From Actinomycetota bacterium (GTDB lineage Bacteria > Actinomycetota > AC-67), in NCBI GenBank assembly GCA_005884515.1, contig VAWS01000002.1:1-37882 (forward strand): 37,882 bases of DNA, written 5' to 3'. Under the pieces are notes generated by a model that made no database searches, was not told the origin of the DNA, and was given only the letters and a program-made list of their open reading frames with translations. Shown here piece by piece: positions 18,901-29,441 of the stretch; positions within the stretch are counted from its first letter, which is position 1, and every line of letters begins with the position of its first letter. The position numbers were made by a program, and so were the translations under genes.

Positions 18901-19668
18901 TTAGGAGATCTGCGCGGCCGGTCGGTCGGGTGCGCGCACATCGATGCGCACGAGCCGTTTGTGGTCCGCCGCGACGCGCGCAGCAACCAACTGCACGGCG
19001 AGCAGCTTCTGGTCGATCTGATCCGCCGTTCCCAGCACCACGGTCGTCGTGCCGAGCTTGAACGCGACCGAGTGGTCGGCCAGCAGCTGGAACGAGGTCA
19101 GCTGCGCGCGCATCGAGTTCGGCATCTTTGCCCAGACCGCGAGCACGTTGTTCTCGTCGTCTTGGGTGAACTGCGCGATGTCGAAGCTGGCAGGCAGGAA
19201 CACGGTTGGAACGCTTCCGCTCGGGTTCACGGAGAGCTGGACGTCGTGCTGGTCGAGGTACCACGCTTGGCCGTTCCCCCGGACTTCCAGCGCGGCCGTC
19301 CGCTCGACGACGGTGATCTTCACGCCGAGCGACCCTTCTCGCGTCACGCGCGCGTCCGCGAGTCCCGGGAGGACCCGAACCCGTGCCGCCACCGCGTTGT
19401 AATCGATCCCGAGTGCGCTCTGCCCGACGTGAAGGCCGCTCGCATCGACGATCTCTTGCTTCGAGAGCGAGACGGCTCCGACGACATCGATCTTCTGCAG
19501 GCTGAAGACGCTGGAACGCATCATGATCCACGCCCCCGACGCGATCCCCGCAACCACGATCAGGGTGATGATGATCCTGCGCCGACGGCGGCGTTTCTGC
19601 GCGCGTACTTCTCGCCGGCGCGCGGCGATCCGTGGGGATCGGACCACCCTATCCGCGGTGCGAACCAT
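18901..19668 (-). CDS. ftsQ: Cell division protein FtsQ/DivIB
   Basis: Basic N-terminus, one TM helix, POTRA domain (I.VVGA..LS..EI), ITVVER, C-terminal IDVRAPDRPA; located before ftsZ. Confidence 0.9.
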   Translation of the reverse strand: MVRTADRVVRSPRIAARRREVRAQKRRRRRRIIITLIVVAGIASGAWIMMRSSVFSLQKIDVVGAVSLSKQEIVDASGLHVGQSALGIDYNAVAARVRVLPGLADARVTREGSLGVKITVVERTAALEVRGNGQAWYLDQHDVQLSVNPSGSVPTVFLPASFDIAQFTQDDENNVLAVWAKMPNSMRAQLTSFQLLADHSVAFKLGTTTVVLGTADQIDQKLLAVQLVAARVAADHKRLVRIDVRAPDRPAAQIS

Positions 19669-20596
19669 CCGGAACCTCCTCGAACTCCCCGATCAGCTTC
19701 AGTTCGGGCTCGAGCTCGACCCCCGTATCCTCGCGCACCATCCGCTGGATCCGGCGGAGCAAGGTATAGACATCGTCCGCGCGCGCGTCGTCCTCGGCCA
19801 CGATGAAGTTCGCGTGAACCTCCGAGATGCGCGCGCCGCCGACGCGCATCTGCTTCCCGCAGACCTGCTCGATCAAGCGAGCGGCGTGGTCCCCCGGGGG
19901 ATTCTTGAAGACGCTTCCCCCATTCGGCAGGTTGAGGGGCTGAGTGCGCCGTCGCCACTCCTTCGCTTCGTTCATACCCGCAACGATCTCTTCCGTCGTC
20001 CCCATCCGAAGCGTCAAGGACGCAGCGGTGACGATCGAGCCGGTCGGCAGATCCGACCGCCGGTACGAGAACCCGGCCTCCTCGGCTGAAAGCCGCCGCC
20101 GCGTGCCGTCGGGGAGCACGAAGATGTCAACGGACGAAAGAACCTCGGCGAGCTCGTGGCCGTGCGCGCCGGCGTTCATGCGCACCGCGCCGCCGAGGCT
20201 CGCCGGGATCGCCACCGCGAACTCGAAGCCGGCGAGCTCGTGGTGCATCGCAAGCGTCGCGAGCGCCGGCAAGGGCATCGCGCCACCGGCTTCGATCGTC
20301 CTGCCCGACGCGTTCGACCACCGGAACCCGGCGCCGAGGCGCAGCGCGACGCCGTTGAACCCGCGGTCCGACACGAGCATGTTCGAGCCGCGCCCGACGA
20401 CCAACACCGGAACGCCCGCTTCCTTGATCGCCGCCGCCAGCGCCTCGAGGTCTTCGAGGCCGGCCGCGTCCAGCATCACGTCGGCCGGACCGCCCAGCCG
20501 GTACGACGTCAGCGGGGCGATCGAGCCGTTCCGTTCGACGCGGCCGTGCGCGCGCTCGGTCAAGATGCGCGCGGCAACGTCGCCGGCGGTGCTCAT
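19649..20596 (-). CDS. murB: UDP-N-acetylenolpyruvoylglucosamine reductase
   Basis: TSYRLGGPA, GRGSNMLVSD, IPASLGGAVRMNAGA, FSYRRS, GSVFKNP, HANFIV. Confidence 0.96.
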   Translation of the reverse strand: MSTAGDVAARILTERAHGRVERNGSIAPLTSYRLGGPADVMLDAAGLEDLEALAAAIKEAGVPVLVVGRGSNMLVSDRGFNGVALRLGAGFRWSNASGRTIEAGGAMPLPALATLAMHHELAGFEFAVAIPASLGGAVRMNAGAHGHELAEVLSSVDIFVLPDGTRRRLSAEEAGFSYRRSDLPTGSIVTAASLTLRMGTTEEIVAGMNEAKEWRRRTQPLNLPNGGSVFKNPPGDHAARLIEQVCGKQMRVGGARISEVHANFIVAEDDARADDVYTLLRRIQRMVREDTGVELEPELKLIGEFEEVPDGSHRG

Positions 20597-21993
20597 GAGC
20601 GTGCGCGCGCCTCGAGGCTCAGAAGGATATCGTCGCACAGCATCGTCACGTCGCCGGCGCCGATCGTCAGAACGAGGTCGCCGGGTAACGCACGTTCTGC
20701 GATGTACGGCACGATGTCGCCGCGCTTGGGCAAGTACGCGACGCGGCGACGCGGCTCGGCGTCCAACACGCCGTCGACGACGATCTTTCCGGTGATACCC
20801 GGCTGCGGATCCTCGCGGGCGCCGTACACGTCGGTGACGACGACCACGTCGGCTCCCGCGAGGGCAGCGCCCAGCTCTTTCCCCAGGTGCATCGTCCGCG
20901 AGTACAGGTGCGGCTGGAAGACGGCGACGAGCCGGCGCGGTGATTGCTCGCGCGCCGCAGCCAGCACGGCACGCACCTTCGACGGATTGTGCGCGTAGTC
21001 GTCCACCACGGTGACTCCCGCCGCAAGACCTCGGCGTTCGAACCGGCGACGCACCCCTGCATAACGCTCGAGCGCCGCCACGATCTCGGAGAATGCGAGA
21101 CCCACTTCGCTGGCAACCGCGACCGCCGCCAAGGCGTTGAGAGCGTTGTGCGCACCGGGAACCGGAAGATGAAGCTCCAGGGGTTTCCCGCCGTTGCGCG
21201 AAACCATCAACGTCTGCTCGCCGTTCGACGCGATCCGCTCCGCCGTCCAGTCTCCCTCGTTCAAGCCGTACGTGACGAGGCGCCGACGGACGCGCGCGGC
21301 GAGCGCGCGCACTCCGGGGTCTTCGATGCACGCAACGATCGCGCCGTCCGGTGGGACGTTCTCCATGAACGCGAGGAACGTGTCGCGCACCTCGTTCTCG
21401 TCCTTGTAGTGATCGAGGTGGTCGGCTTCGATGCTGGTCACGACCGCGATCTCCGGGGCGAGCCACAAGAACGACCCGTCGCTCTCGTCGGCCTCGGCGA
21501 CGAGCCACTCCCCCGCGCCGTCGTGCGCGTTGGTGCCGCGCTCGTTCACTTCGCCGCCCACCAGGAAGCTCGGATCGAGTCCCGCGTGCTGCAGCACGAG
21601 CGCGATCATCGACGTCGTCGTCGTCTTGCCGTGCGTACCGGCGACGGCGATGCCACGGCGGTCGCGCATCAATATCGCGAGCAGCTGCGCGCGATGCAGT
21701 ACGCGAACACCGGCCTCCTCGGCGGCGCGCAGCTCCGGATTGGACGGCCGGATCGCGGACGAGACGACGACCGTCTCGGCGTCGCCGAGGTTGGCGGCAT
21801 CGTGGCCGACCGCGATGCGCGCGCCCTGGACGCGCAGCGCTGCGAGGTCGGGAGACTCCTTCAAGTCCGACCCGGACACGCGCACGCCGCGCGCGAGCAA
21901 CACCTTCGCGAGCGCACTCATCCCGGCTCCGCCGATGCCGATCAGATGTACGGGGCCAAGCTCGGAGACGAGGGAACGCTTCGGCTCACGCAC
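20593..21993 (-). CDS. murC: UDP-N-acetylmuramate--L-alanine ligase
   Basis: HLIGIGGAGMS, AGTHGKTTTTS, EADESDGSFL, DDYAHNP, FQPHLYSRT. Confidence 0.97.
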   Translation of the reverse strand: MREPKRSLVSELGPVHLIGIGGAGMSALAKVLLARGVRVSGSDLKESPDLAALRVQGARIAVGHDAANLGDAETVVVSSAIRPSNPELRAAEEAGVRVLHRAQLLAILMRDRRGIAVAGTHGKTTTTSMIALVLQHAGLDPSFLVGGEVNERGTNAHDGAGEWLVAEADESDGSFLWLAPEIAVVTSIEADHLDHYKDENEVRDTFLAFMENVPPDGAIVACIEDPGVRALAARVRRRLVTYGLNEGDWTAERIASNGEQTLMVSRNGGKPLELHLPVPGAHNALNALAAVAVASEVGLAFSEIVAALERYAGVRRRFERRGLAAGVTVVDDYAHNPSKVRAVLAAAREQSPRRLVAVFQPHLYSRTMHLGKELGAALAGADVVVVTDVYGAREDPQPGITGKIVVDGVLDAEPRRRVAYLPKRGDIVPYIAERALPGDLVLTIGAGDVTMLCDDILLSLEARARS

Positions 21994-22984
21994 GGCGCGC
22001 CTCCGCGAGAGACATGATCCAGCTTGCCATCGCGTCGGCGGCATCCGGCCGTGAGACCGACCGCGCCGCATCCGCCATGTGTGCGCGCGCGGCCGGCTCA
22101 CCGAGGATCGGCGCGATCACGGAGTCGAGGTGGTCGGGCGTCGCGCTCGCGTCTTCCACGAGGGTGGCCGCGCCGGCGTCGACGAGCATGCGCGCGTTGG
22201 CGTGCTGCTCTTTCCGACGCGCGATCGGAAGCGGCACGAGCACCGCGGGGAGGCCGACGGGCTCGATGCGCGCACGGACGTCCGTGTCGTGCACGCTGCC
22301 GGTCACGATGATCATCTGCACATCCTCGCGCGCGCTCCAGCGCGCCGCGAGCCCGATCGCCGCTTCGTTCAGCCGGGCCGCGCCGAGGCTCCCGCCGAAA
22401 ACGAGGACGGTCGTGAGCTCGGGCGAGAGTCCGAAGGATTCCAGCGCCTCGGACCGCAGCGCCTCCCGCGAGAACCGTGTGATCGCTTTGCGCATCGGCA
22501 GCCCGACCAGCCGGGGCGAGCGCCCCCGGAACAGGCGCACTGTTTCCGGGAAGGAGACTGCGATGTTGGTCGTCAGGCGCGCAGCTGCCTCGTTCGCGAG
22601 ACCGGGGATCGCGTTGCCTTCGTGGATCAATGCCGGGAGGCGTGCGAGGCGCGCGGCGGTGACCACGGGCAAGCTCGGATACCCGCCCATCCCGACGACG
22701 ACCGATGCACCCTCGCTGCGAAGGATGCGGCGGGCTTGCGCGGTGGCCGGAAGCATCGATGCTGCCGCAACGATCCCGCGAAGGTCGCGTTTGAACGGCG
22801 CGACCGACGTCCGGTGGATACGGTACCCGGCGGCGTTGATCAGCGTCTGGTCGAGCTCGCGGGCCGTTCCGATGAACGAGATCGTGACGCCGGGTGCGCG
22901 TTCGTCGAGCGCGGCCGCGATCGCGAGCGCGGGAACGAGGTGTCCGCCGGTCCCCCCGGCCGCGATCACGACCGAATCGGTCAT
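21986..22984 (-). CDS. murG: MurG glycosyltransferase, in-frame internal deletion near 22259
   Basis: GGTGGH, GMGGYPS, HEGN.IPGLAN, FGGSLGA, EQHANA. The D...AD...RAGA.T.AEL block is missing. Confidence 0.93.
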   Translation of the reverse strand: MTDSVVIAAGGTGGHLVPALAIAAALDERAPGVTISFIGTARELDQTLINAAGYRIHRTSVAPFKRDLRGIVAAASMLPATAQARRILRSEGASVVVGMGGYPSLPVVTAARLARLPALIHEGNAIPGLANEAAARLTTNIAVSFPETVRLFRGRSPRLVGLPMRKAITRFSREALRSEALESFGLSPELTTVLVFGGSLGAARLNEAAIGLAARWSAREDVQMIIVTGSVHDTDVRARIEPVGLPAVLVPLPIARRKEQHANARMLVDAGAATLVEDASATPDHLDSVIAPILGEPAARAHMADAARSVSRPDAADAMASWIMSLAEARRA

Positions 22985-24240
22985 CGAACGGTTCGCGAAC
23001 GTGCGGGGGCTCGGCGCGTCGGCGCCTTCTTCGCCGGAGCAGAGACCGGAGCCACCTCGCGCTTCGGCGGCCACTCTTCTTGGCGTCCGATGTTGATCAA
23101 GATCCCGATCGCGGTCAGGGTGAACACCAAGGATGAGCCACCGAAGGAGACCAGCGGGAGCGGCACCCCCGTGATCGGCAAGAGACCCGTGACGGCGCCC
23201 ATGTTGATCACCGCTTGCCCGACGATCCACGCGGTGACGGCGCCGGCGACGATTCGTCCGAACTTGTCCGGCGCGCGGCGTGCGATGCGCACACCTGCGT
23301 ATGCGAGCAACGCGAACAGCGAGATAACGGCAAACGTGCCGAGCAGCCCGACCTCTTCACCGATGATCGAGAATATGAAGTCGGTGTGCGCGTTCGGAAC
23401 GTATAGCCACTTCTGCCGCGAGGCACCGAGCCCTACGCCGAACAACCCGCCCGACCCCAGCGCGATCTGCGACTGCACCGCTTGGTAGCCGGTGTTCAGC
23501 GGGTCTTTGAATGGGTTCGTGAACGAGAAGAGGCGCGCGCGCCGATAGGCCTTGGACATCGACAGCATCACCGACGCGCCGATCCCTGCGACCCCGAGCC
23601 CGCCCAGCACCGAGATCCGGGACCCCGCGACGAACAGCACGGTGAACGCGATCCCTGCGAGGATCAACGTCGTTCCCATGTCGGGCTGGATCATGACGAG
23701 CAGCCCCACGATGCCGGCGATGATCCCGAACGGAACCACGACGTCTTTGATCGTCCACAGACGGCGGCCTTTGCGGACGCAGATGTCGGCGCCGACGAGA
23801 ACGAGGGCGAGCTTCGCGAGCTCGGAGGGCTGGAACCGGATCGGGCCGAACGACAGCCACCGGCTGGACCCGCCGGCCGTCGTCCCGAACGCCGGGTGGA
23901 GCACGAGCATGAGCCCGACCAGCGCGGCCAGCATCATGAAATACGACAAACTGCGCCAGCGCCGGTAGTCGACGACGGCGGCCACGATGAGGCAGGCGAT
24001 CCCGACGAACGACCACATCAGCTGGCGCATGAAGTACGTGAAGGGAGACGCGCCGGCTTCGTACGCGGAGACCCACGAGGAGGAGAGGATCATGATGAGC
24101 CCGCCGCCGAGGAGCAGCGCCGTCGTCCCGATGACGAGCGCGGCGCTCGTCGTCATGCGCGCAGTCGACCCGTTCGCCGTCTTCCTGCGCGTGCGGCCGA
24201 ACCAGCCGGCCGGTGTTCGTGCGAGCTCGAGAACCGTCAT
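22981..24240 (-). CDS. ftsW: Peptidoglycan glycosyltransferase FtsW
   Basis: RWL..GP..FQPSELAK, QPDMGT, GYQ..QS, GLGASRQK..YVPNAHTDFIF.IIGEE, PITGVPLPLVSFGGSS. Confidence 0.96.
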   Translation of the reverse strand: MTVLELARTPAGWFGRTRRKTANGSTARMTTSAALVIGTTALLLGGGLIMILSSSWVSAYEAGASPFTYFMRQLMWSFVGIACLIVAAVVDYRRWRSLSYFMMLAALVGLMLVLHPAFGTTAGGSSRWLSFGPIRFQPSELAKLALVLVGADICVRKGRRLWTIKDVVVPFGIIAGIVGLLVMIQPDMGTTLILAGIAFTVLFVAGSRISVLGGLGVAGIGASVMLSMSKAYRRARLFSFTNPFKDPLNTGYQAVQSQIALGSGGLFGVGLGASRQKWLYVPNAHTDFIFSIIGEEVGLLGTFAVISLFALLAYAGVRIARRAPDKFGRIVAGAVTAWIVGQAVINMGAVTGLLPITGVPLPLVSFGGSSLVFTLTAIGILINIGRQEEWPPKREVAPVSAPAKKAPTRRAPARSRTVR

Positions 24241-25562
24241 TGGTCGCTCCCCTCGATCCGATGGACGGCAGCGCGGAACGCATCCCCGCGCTCTTCGTAG
24301 TTCTTGAACATGTCGAACGAGGCACACGCCGGAGAAAGAAGGACGGTGTCGCCCGCTACGGCCAGCTCGCGCGCGCGCGCTACGGCATCTTCCATCGAGC
24401 CGGCCTTCTCCGCGGGGATGCCCGCCGGTGCGAACGCCGCGTCGATCTCACCGGCCGACTCTCCGATCGCAACGACGGCGCGCAGGTGCGGCGCGGCGGC
24501 TGCGAGCTCGGACAGATCCAGACCCTTGTTGCGCCCGCCGGCGATCAGCACGACGTCGTGCATCCCTTCGAGCGCGGCCAGCGTCGCGTGCGGGTCGGTC
24601 GCCTTCGAGTCGTTCACGTACGTGACCCCCTCGACGACGGCGATCTCCTCGATCCGGTGGCGGCCGGTTTCGAACGCAGCGAGCGCCGCCCCGGCCGTTG
24701 CCGGTTCGACACCGAGCGCGCACGCTACGGCGGCTGCGGCGATCGCGTCGCTGCGGTTCGGGCGCCCGCGCGCGCGCAAGCGAGACGCTTCGACGACACG
24801 GCCCTCGGGAACGACTATCCAGCCGTCCTCGACGCCCGCGCCGCCGTGCGGCCGCTGGTCGTCGGCGAACAGCACCTGCCCCGCTTTCCCCGTCGCCAGC
24901 GCGCGGCACACCGGATCGTCGTGAACGATGGCAACGTCTTCGGATCCCTGGTTTTCGAAGATGCGGCCTTTCGCGCGGCGGTAGGCCTCGTCCGAGCCAT
25001 GCCAGTCGAGGTGGTCGTGCGCGACGTTCAGCAGGACGGCCACGGGAACGCGGAACTCGTCGATACCCTGCAGCTGGAAGCTCGACAGCTCGGCGACGAT
25101 CTCGGCGTCGGGCGTGAACGATACGAGCGGCGTGCCCACGTTCCCCGCCGCAACCGCGTCACGGCCGGCCGCTCGCAACGCGGCGACCGTCATCTCGGTC
25201 GTCGTCGTCTTGCCGTTCGTACCGGTGATTGCAACGAGCGGCCGCACACCAAGCCGGAAGGCAAGCTCGACCTCGCTCCACACCGGGAGACCGCGCCGGC
25301 GCGCTTCCTCGATCCACGGCGACGACCACGGAACACCCGGGCTGGCGACGACCAGCTCGGCGTCGCCGAGGTCGGCGGGGTCGGTGCGGCCGAGAACGAC
25401 GCGAGCGCCGGCGATGCCATCGGCACGCTCGCGCTGCTGGTCGCCGTCTGCGGCGTCGAGCACCGTCACCGACGCGCCGGCGTCGAGCAGCGCGCGCGCG
25501 GCGGCCTCACCCGAGCGCGCCAAGCCGAGCACGACCGTCTTCTTCCCGGCGAGCGCGCTCAT
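24237..25562 (-). CDS. murD: UDP-N-acetylmuramoylalanine--D-glutamate ligase
   Basis: GLARSG, SPGVP, ITGTNGKTTTT, ELSSFQL, DHLDWH, NDSKAT, LLSPACASFDMF.NYEERG. Confidence 0.96.
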   Translation of the reverse strand: MSALAGKKTVVLGLARSGEAAARALLDAGASVTVLDAADGDQQRERADGIAGARVVLGRTDPADLGDAELVVASPGVPWSSPWIEEARRRGLPVWSEVELAFRLGVRPLVAITGTNGKTTTTEMTVAALRAAGRDAVAAGNVGTPLVSFTPDAEIVAELSSFQLQGIDEFRVPVAVLLNVAHDHLDWHGSDEAYRRAKGRIFENQGSEDVAIVHDDPVCRALATGKAGQVLFADDQRPHGGAGVEDGWIVVPEGRVVEASRLRARGRPNRSDAIAAAAVACALGVEPATAGAALAAFETGRHRIEEIAVVEGVTYVNDSKATDPHATLAALEGMHDVVLIAGGRNKGLDLSELAAAAPHLRAVVAIGESAGEIDAAFAPAGIPAEKAGSMEDAVARARELAVAGDTVLLSPACASFDMFKNYEERGDAFRAAVHRIEGSDQ

Positions 25563-26617
25563 ACCGGCGGGCCGCCCTTCGACAGGAACTCGGCATAGAA
25601 CAACCCGAGGCCGAGCGCCGCTGCGAGCCCGGCGATGATCCAGAAGCGGACGATGACCGTGAATTCCGGCCAGCCGCCCAGCTCGAAGTGGTGATGCAAC
25701 GGCGCCATCTTGAAGATACGCCGGCGGAAGCCCCGGAACGCGACCACCTGCATGATCACCGACGTGGTCTCGAGGACGAACAGCCCGCCCAGCACGACGA
25801 GGAGCAGCTGCGTGCTCGTCAGGATCGCCAGACCGGCGATTCCGCCGCCGAGCGCCAGCGACCCCGTGTCGCCCATGAAGATGCGCGCCGGCGCAGCGTT
25901 CCACCACAGGAATCCCGCGCACGCACCGAGACCCGCCGCCGCTACGACGGCGAGGTCGAGCGCGTCGGGGATGCCGTGGTAGCAGCCGGGCACGATCGCG
26001 CACGTCGTCGGCCCGTGACGGAACTGCCAGAACGCGATGAAGATGTACGCCGCGAACACGAGCGTGCTCGAGCCGGCCGCCAACCCGTCGAGGCCGTCGG
26101 TCAGGTTCACACCGTTCGTTGTGCCGGCCATCATCACGAACACCCAGACGACGAAGAACGGCCCGAAGTTGAGCGCGCTCTGGCGGATGAACGACAGCGT
26201 CGTCGGCGCGTTCGTGTGCGTGACGACCGCGACGGTGAACCCGACGGCCACGAGCAGCTGCCCCAGCATCTTCGCCGTCTTGTTGAGCCCGAGGCTCCGC
26301 TGCCGGCTGATCTTGATGTAGTCGTCGAGGAACCCGACGACGCCCATCGCGACCATCGTGCAGAGCACGATGCCGCCGGCCCAGCCGAAGCTGCCGCCGG
26401 CGAGGTGGGCCCCCACGTAGCCGGCGATGACGGCGATGATGATCATCACACCGCCCATCGTCGGCGTGCCGACCTTCTCGGCGTGATGCCCGATGTCGCC
26501 CCAGTCCTCGCGGAGGCGCTGCCCGAACCCCAGCCTGCGGAACGCCCGGATCAAGAACGGCGTGCCGCCGAGAGAGACCAGCAAGCTGATCATCGCGGCG
26601 AAGAGAACGGTCTTCAT
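25559..26617 (-). CDS. mraY: Phospho-N-acetylmuramoyl-pentapeptide transferase
   Basis: KVGTPTMGG, GFLDDYIK, NGVNLTDGLDGL, FMGDTGSLALG, MAPLHHHFE. Confidence 0.97.
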   Translation of the reverse strand: MKTVLFAAMISLLVSLGGTPFLIRAFRRLGFGQRLREDWGDIGHHAEKVGTPTMGGVMIIIAVIAGYVGAHLAGGSFGWAGGIVLCTMVAMGVVGFLDDYIKISRQRSLGLNKTAKMLGQLLVAVGFTVAVVTHTNAPTTLSFIRQSALNFGPFFVVWVFVMMAGTTNGVNLTDGLDGLAAGSSTLVFAAYIFIAFWQFRHGPTTCAIVPGCYHGIPDALDLAVVAAAGLGACAGFLWWNAAPARIFMGDTGSLALGGGIAGLAILTSTQLLLVVLGGLFVLETTSVIMQVVAFRGFRRRIFKMAPLHHHFELGGWPEFTVIVRFWIIAGLAAALGLGLFYAEFLSKGGPPV

Positions 26618-27990
26618 GGAGTTGGAACCTCGAGCGCGTGCGCGACGCGTTCCAGCCCCGCCGCGCGCGACGCCTTCACCAAGACGACGGCGTCGGGCTC
26701 CATGCGCGCGCGCAACACCGCGATCGCGTCGTCGATCGTTGCGGCGAAGATCGCTTCTCCGCCGAACATGCCTTCCAGCCGAGCAGCCTCGTGCACGGCG
26801 CGCGCATCCTCACCGACCGTCACCAGGTGCGTGACGCCCAAGCGGACGGCCAAGCGCCCGACGCGATCGTGCGCCGCGGTGGTCTCGTCGCCGAGCTCGG
26901 CCATCGGCCCCAGCACAGCCCACGAGGGTCGTCCGCGCGCCATCGCCGCGAGCGCCTTCAGCGCCGCGGCCGTCGAGTCCGGGTTCGCGTTGTACGCATC
27001 GTTCAGGATCCGCCGCCCGCCGACGTCGTGGAGCTCCATGCGCCACGCCGACCCTTCGGCGCGCGCGAGGCCGTCGGCGGCGCCGTGCAGAGACACGCCG
27101 GCTGCGCGCGCCGCCGCCGCGGCAGCAAGCGCATTGGACACCATGTGCTCCCCCGGCATCCGCAGCGTGACCCGCGCGCGCTCGTCGCCGGCGAGCAACG
27201 TGAACGTCGCGCGCGCCTCGTCGTCCAGCGAGACGCCTTCCGCACGCACGTCGGCTGAGGCTGCTCGGCCGAAGCTGACGACGTGTCCGCGCGTGCGCGC
27301 CGCGAGCGCGTCGACGCGTGGGTCATCGGCGTTGAGCACCGCCGTGCCCTCCGGCGCGAGCGCTTCGACGAGCTCGCCCTTCGCGAGCGCCGTGTTCTCG
27401 AGCGAGCCGAACATGCCGATGTGAGCCGGGCCGATGTTCGTCACGACGGCCACGTCCGGCCGGATCATCGGCGCGAGCGACGCGATGTGGCCGATGCCCC
27501 GGCTGCCGACTTCGATGACGAGGACCTCGGTGTCTTCGTCTGCGCCGAAGATCGTGAGCGGCACGCCGATCTCGTTGTTGTACGACGCATTCGCTGCGAT
27601 CGTCCTGCGCTCGCTCGCGCACGCGGCGGCGGTGAGGTCCTTCGTGCCGGTCTTGCCCGACGAGCCGGTGATCGCGATCGTCGTCGCCCGCAAACGCCTA
27701 CGGACGAACGCAGCGAGCGAGGACATCGCGGCGAGCGGGTCGTTCACGCGCACAGCAGCAGCGAATGCTCCGGCGTCCTCGCGCACGACCGCGGCGACGG
27801 CGCCGCCACGGACCGCGTCGTTCGCGAACGCGTGGCCGTCCGCGCGCTCACCCGCGAGCGCGAAGAAGAGCGCGCCCGCCGACGTCGCGCGCGAGTCGGT
27901 GATCACCGACGTCACGGTCGCGTCGGGATCAGCGCCGTCGACGCGGCCGCCGCACACCTCCGCGATTTCCTTCACGCTGAGAGCGATCAC
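26614..27990 (-). CDS. murF: UDP-N-acetylmuramoyl-tripeptide--D-alanyl-D-alanine ligase
   Basis: DSR, DGHAF, ITGSSGKTGTKD, NNEIGVPLT, NDAYNANP, LG.MAELG, LVKASR. Confidence 0.96.
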   Translation of the reverse strand: MIALSVKEIAEVCGGRVDGADPDATVTSVITDSRATSAGALFFALAGERADGHAFANDAVRGGAVAAVVREDAGAFAAAVRVNDPLAAMSSLAAFVRRRLRATTIAITGSSGKTGTKDLTAAACASERRTIAANASYNNEIGVPLTIFGADEDTEVLVIEVGSRGIGHIASLAPMIRPDVAVVTNIGPAHIGMFGSLENTALAKGELVEALAPEGTAVLNADDPRVDALAARTRGHVVSFGRAASADVRAEGVSLDDEARATFTLLAGDERARVTLRMPGEHMVSNALAAAAAARAAGVSLHGAADGLARAEGSAWRMELHDVGGRRILNDAYNANPDSTAAALKALAAMARGRPSWAVLGPMAELGDETTAAHDRVGRLAVRLGVTHLVTVGEDARAVHEAARLEGMFGGEAIFAATIDDAIAVLRARMEPDAVVLVKASRAAGLERVAHALEVPTP

Positions 27991-29347
27991 CGGCGGCTCC
28001 GGCTCTGCAACGCTCCGCGCGCGACGATGCGGTCGTCGAATGGGATCGTGTGATCGGCGAACTGCTGGCCGGTCTCATGGCCCTTACCGGCGATCACGAT
28101 CACGTCGCCTCGCGCCGCGCCGTCGATCGCTGCTTCGATCGCCTCGCGCCGGTCTGCGATCCGCTCGAACGGGCGTCCCGTCTCGCGCGCGCCGGCTTCG
28201 ATCTGCTCGATGATCGCGATCGGATCTTCCGTCCGTGGGTTATCGCTTGTGATGATCGCGCGGTCGGCGAGTGTGGCCCCAACCTTCCCCATCAACGGAC
28301 GCTTGCCGCGGTCGCGGTCCCCGCCGCACCCGAACACGGCCACCAGGCGCGCGCCCGGCCGCGTGATCTCGCGCGCGGCGCGAAGCAGGCCTTCGAGCGA
28401 GTCCGGCGTGTGCGCATAGTCGACGAGCACCGTGAAGTCTTGGCCGGCCTCGATCGGCTCCATCCGGCCGGGGACACCGCGCAGCGACGCGATACCTTCG
28501 GCGACGGGACCGATCGGCAATCCCAGAGCGCGCGCAGCAGCGAGCACGCCGAGCGCATTCTCGACGTTGTACCGCGCGGGAAGGTTCACGCGGATCGGGA
28601 CCGATCGGCCGCCGACGTCTGCGATGAACGAGCTGCCGGTGCGGGCCAGCTCGAGGGAATGGCCGCGAACATCCGCTTCATGATCGATCGCGAACGTCAC
28701 GAGCGGCAGGTCCGTTCGGGCAGCGAGCGCGCGCCCTCGCTCGTCGTCGAGGTTCACGACCGCACGTTCGGACATCTCAGGGCGGAAGAGCAGCGCTTTC
28801 GCGCGAGGCCCTCCGACGACGCTTCCATCGCAGCGCCGCCGACCCCCGCGTCGCGCATCGTCGAAAGGAGCCGTTGCAGATCGATCGCTTCCGGGGTCGT
28901 CCGTGTCACCGGCAGAACGGTGTCGCCGATGTGCGTCTCGACGGTGCCGATTACGCCCGGCGTAATACCCAGCGCGCGGAACACCGCTTCGAACATGAAC
29001 GTCGTCGTCGTCTTGCCGTTCGTTCCGGTCACGCCGACGAGCGTGAGCGCGCGCGACGGGTCGCCGAAGAACAGCGACGCGAACGGGCCCATCGCGGTGC
29101 GCACCGAAGGGACGATGGCCTGAGGAACCGGAACGTCGAGCGGCCGCTCGACCACGAGCGCCACGGCTCCTGCCTCGACTGCGCGCGCGGCGAAATCGTG
29201 TCCGTCGGCGTGCTCGCCCGGAACGCAGAAGAACAGCGTGCCCGGAGTAACGGCACGAGAGTCGTACGCGACGTCGTCGATCGGCACGCTGCCGTCTCCC
29301 TGCAGGCGCGCGCCGCGAACACCATCGACCAGGGTCTGAAGGATCAT
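27987..29347 (-). CDS. murE: MurE ligase, interrupted near 28800 (deletion and frameshift)
   Basis: YDSR, GVTGTNGKTTT, TTPEA, MEASS; second frame AKALLF, VPGRME, DYAHTPD, FGCGGDRD.GKRP.MG, SDNPR (DAP-type), IAGKGHE. The FTNLT.DH segment is missing. Confidence 0.95.
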
Positions 29348-29441
29348 GGGCACGGCGGTCGTCCTTCCCGCCCCGGCCCGCCGCCGGAACCGGGCGGGCC
29401 GCTCGGCCGGCATGCTGGCAGACGCGAACTGTACCACGCGC

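Noticed and set aside
19649-21508. Apparent N-terminal extensions or fusions of murB (also murD, murG, pgeF and the hydratase) in the ORF track
   Set aside because: Out-of-frame overlaps with upstream genes; true starts are supported by ATGA overlaps or SD sequences.
29374-29401. GC-rich hairpin between ftsI and murE as a terminator
   Set aside because: No U-tract, and it lies downstream of a likely internal -10 (TACAGT); probably an ordinary 5' UTR stem.
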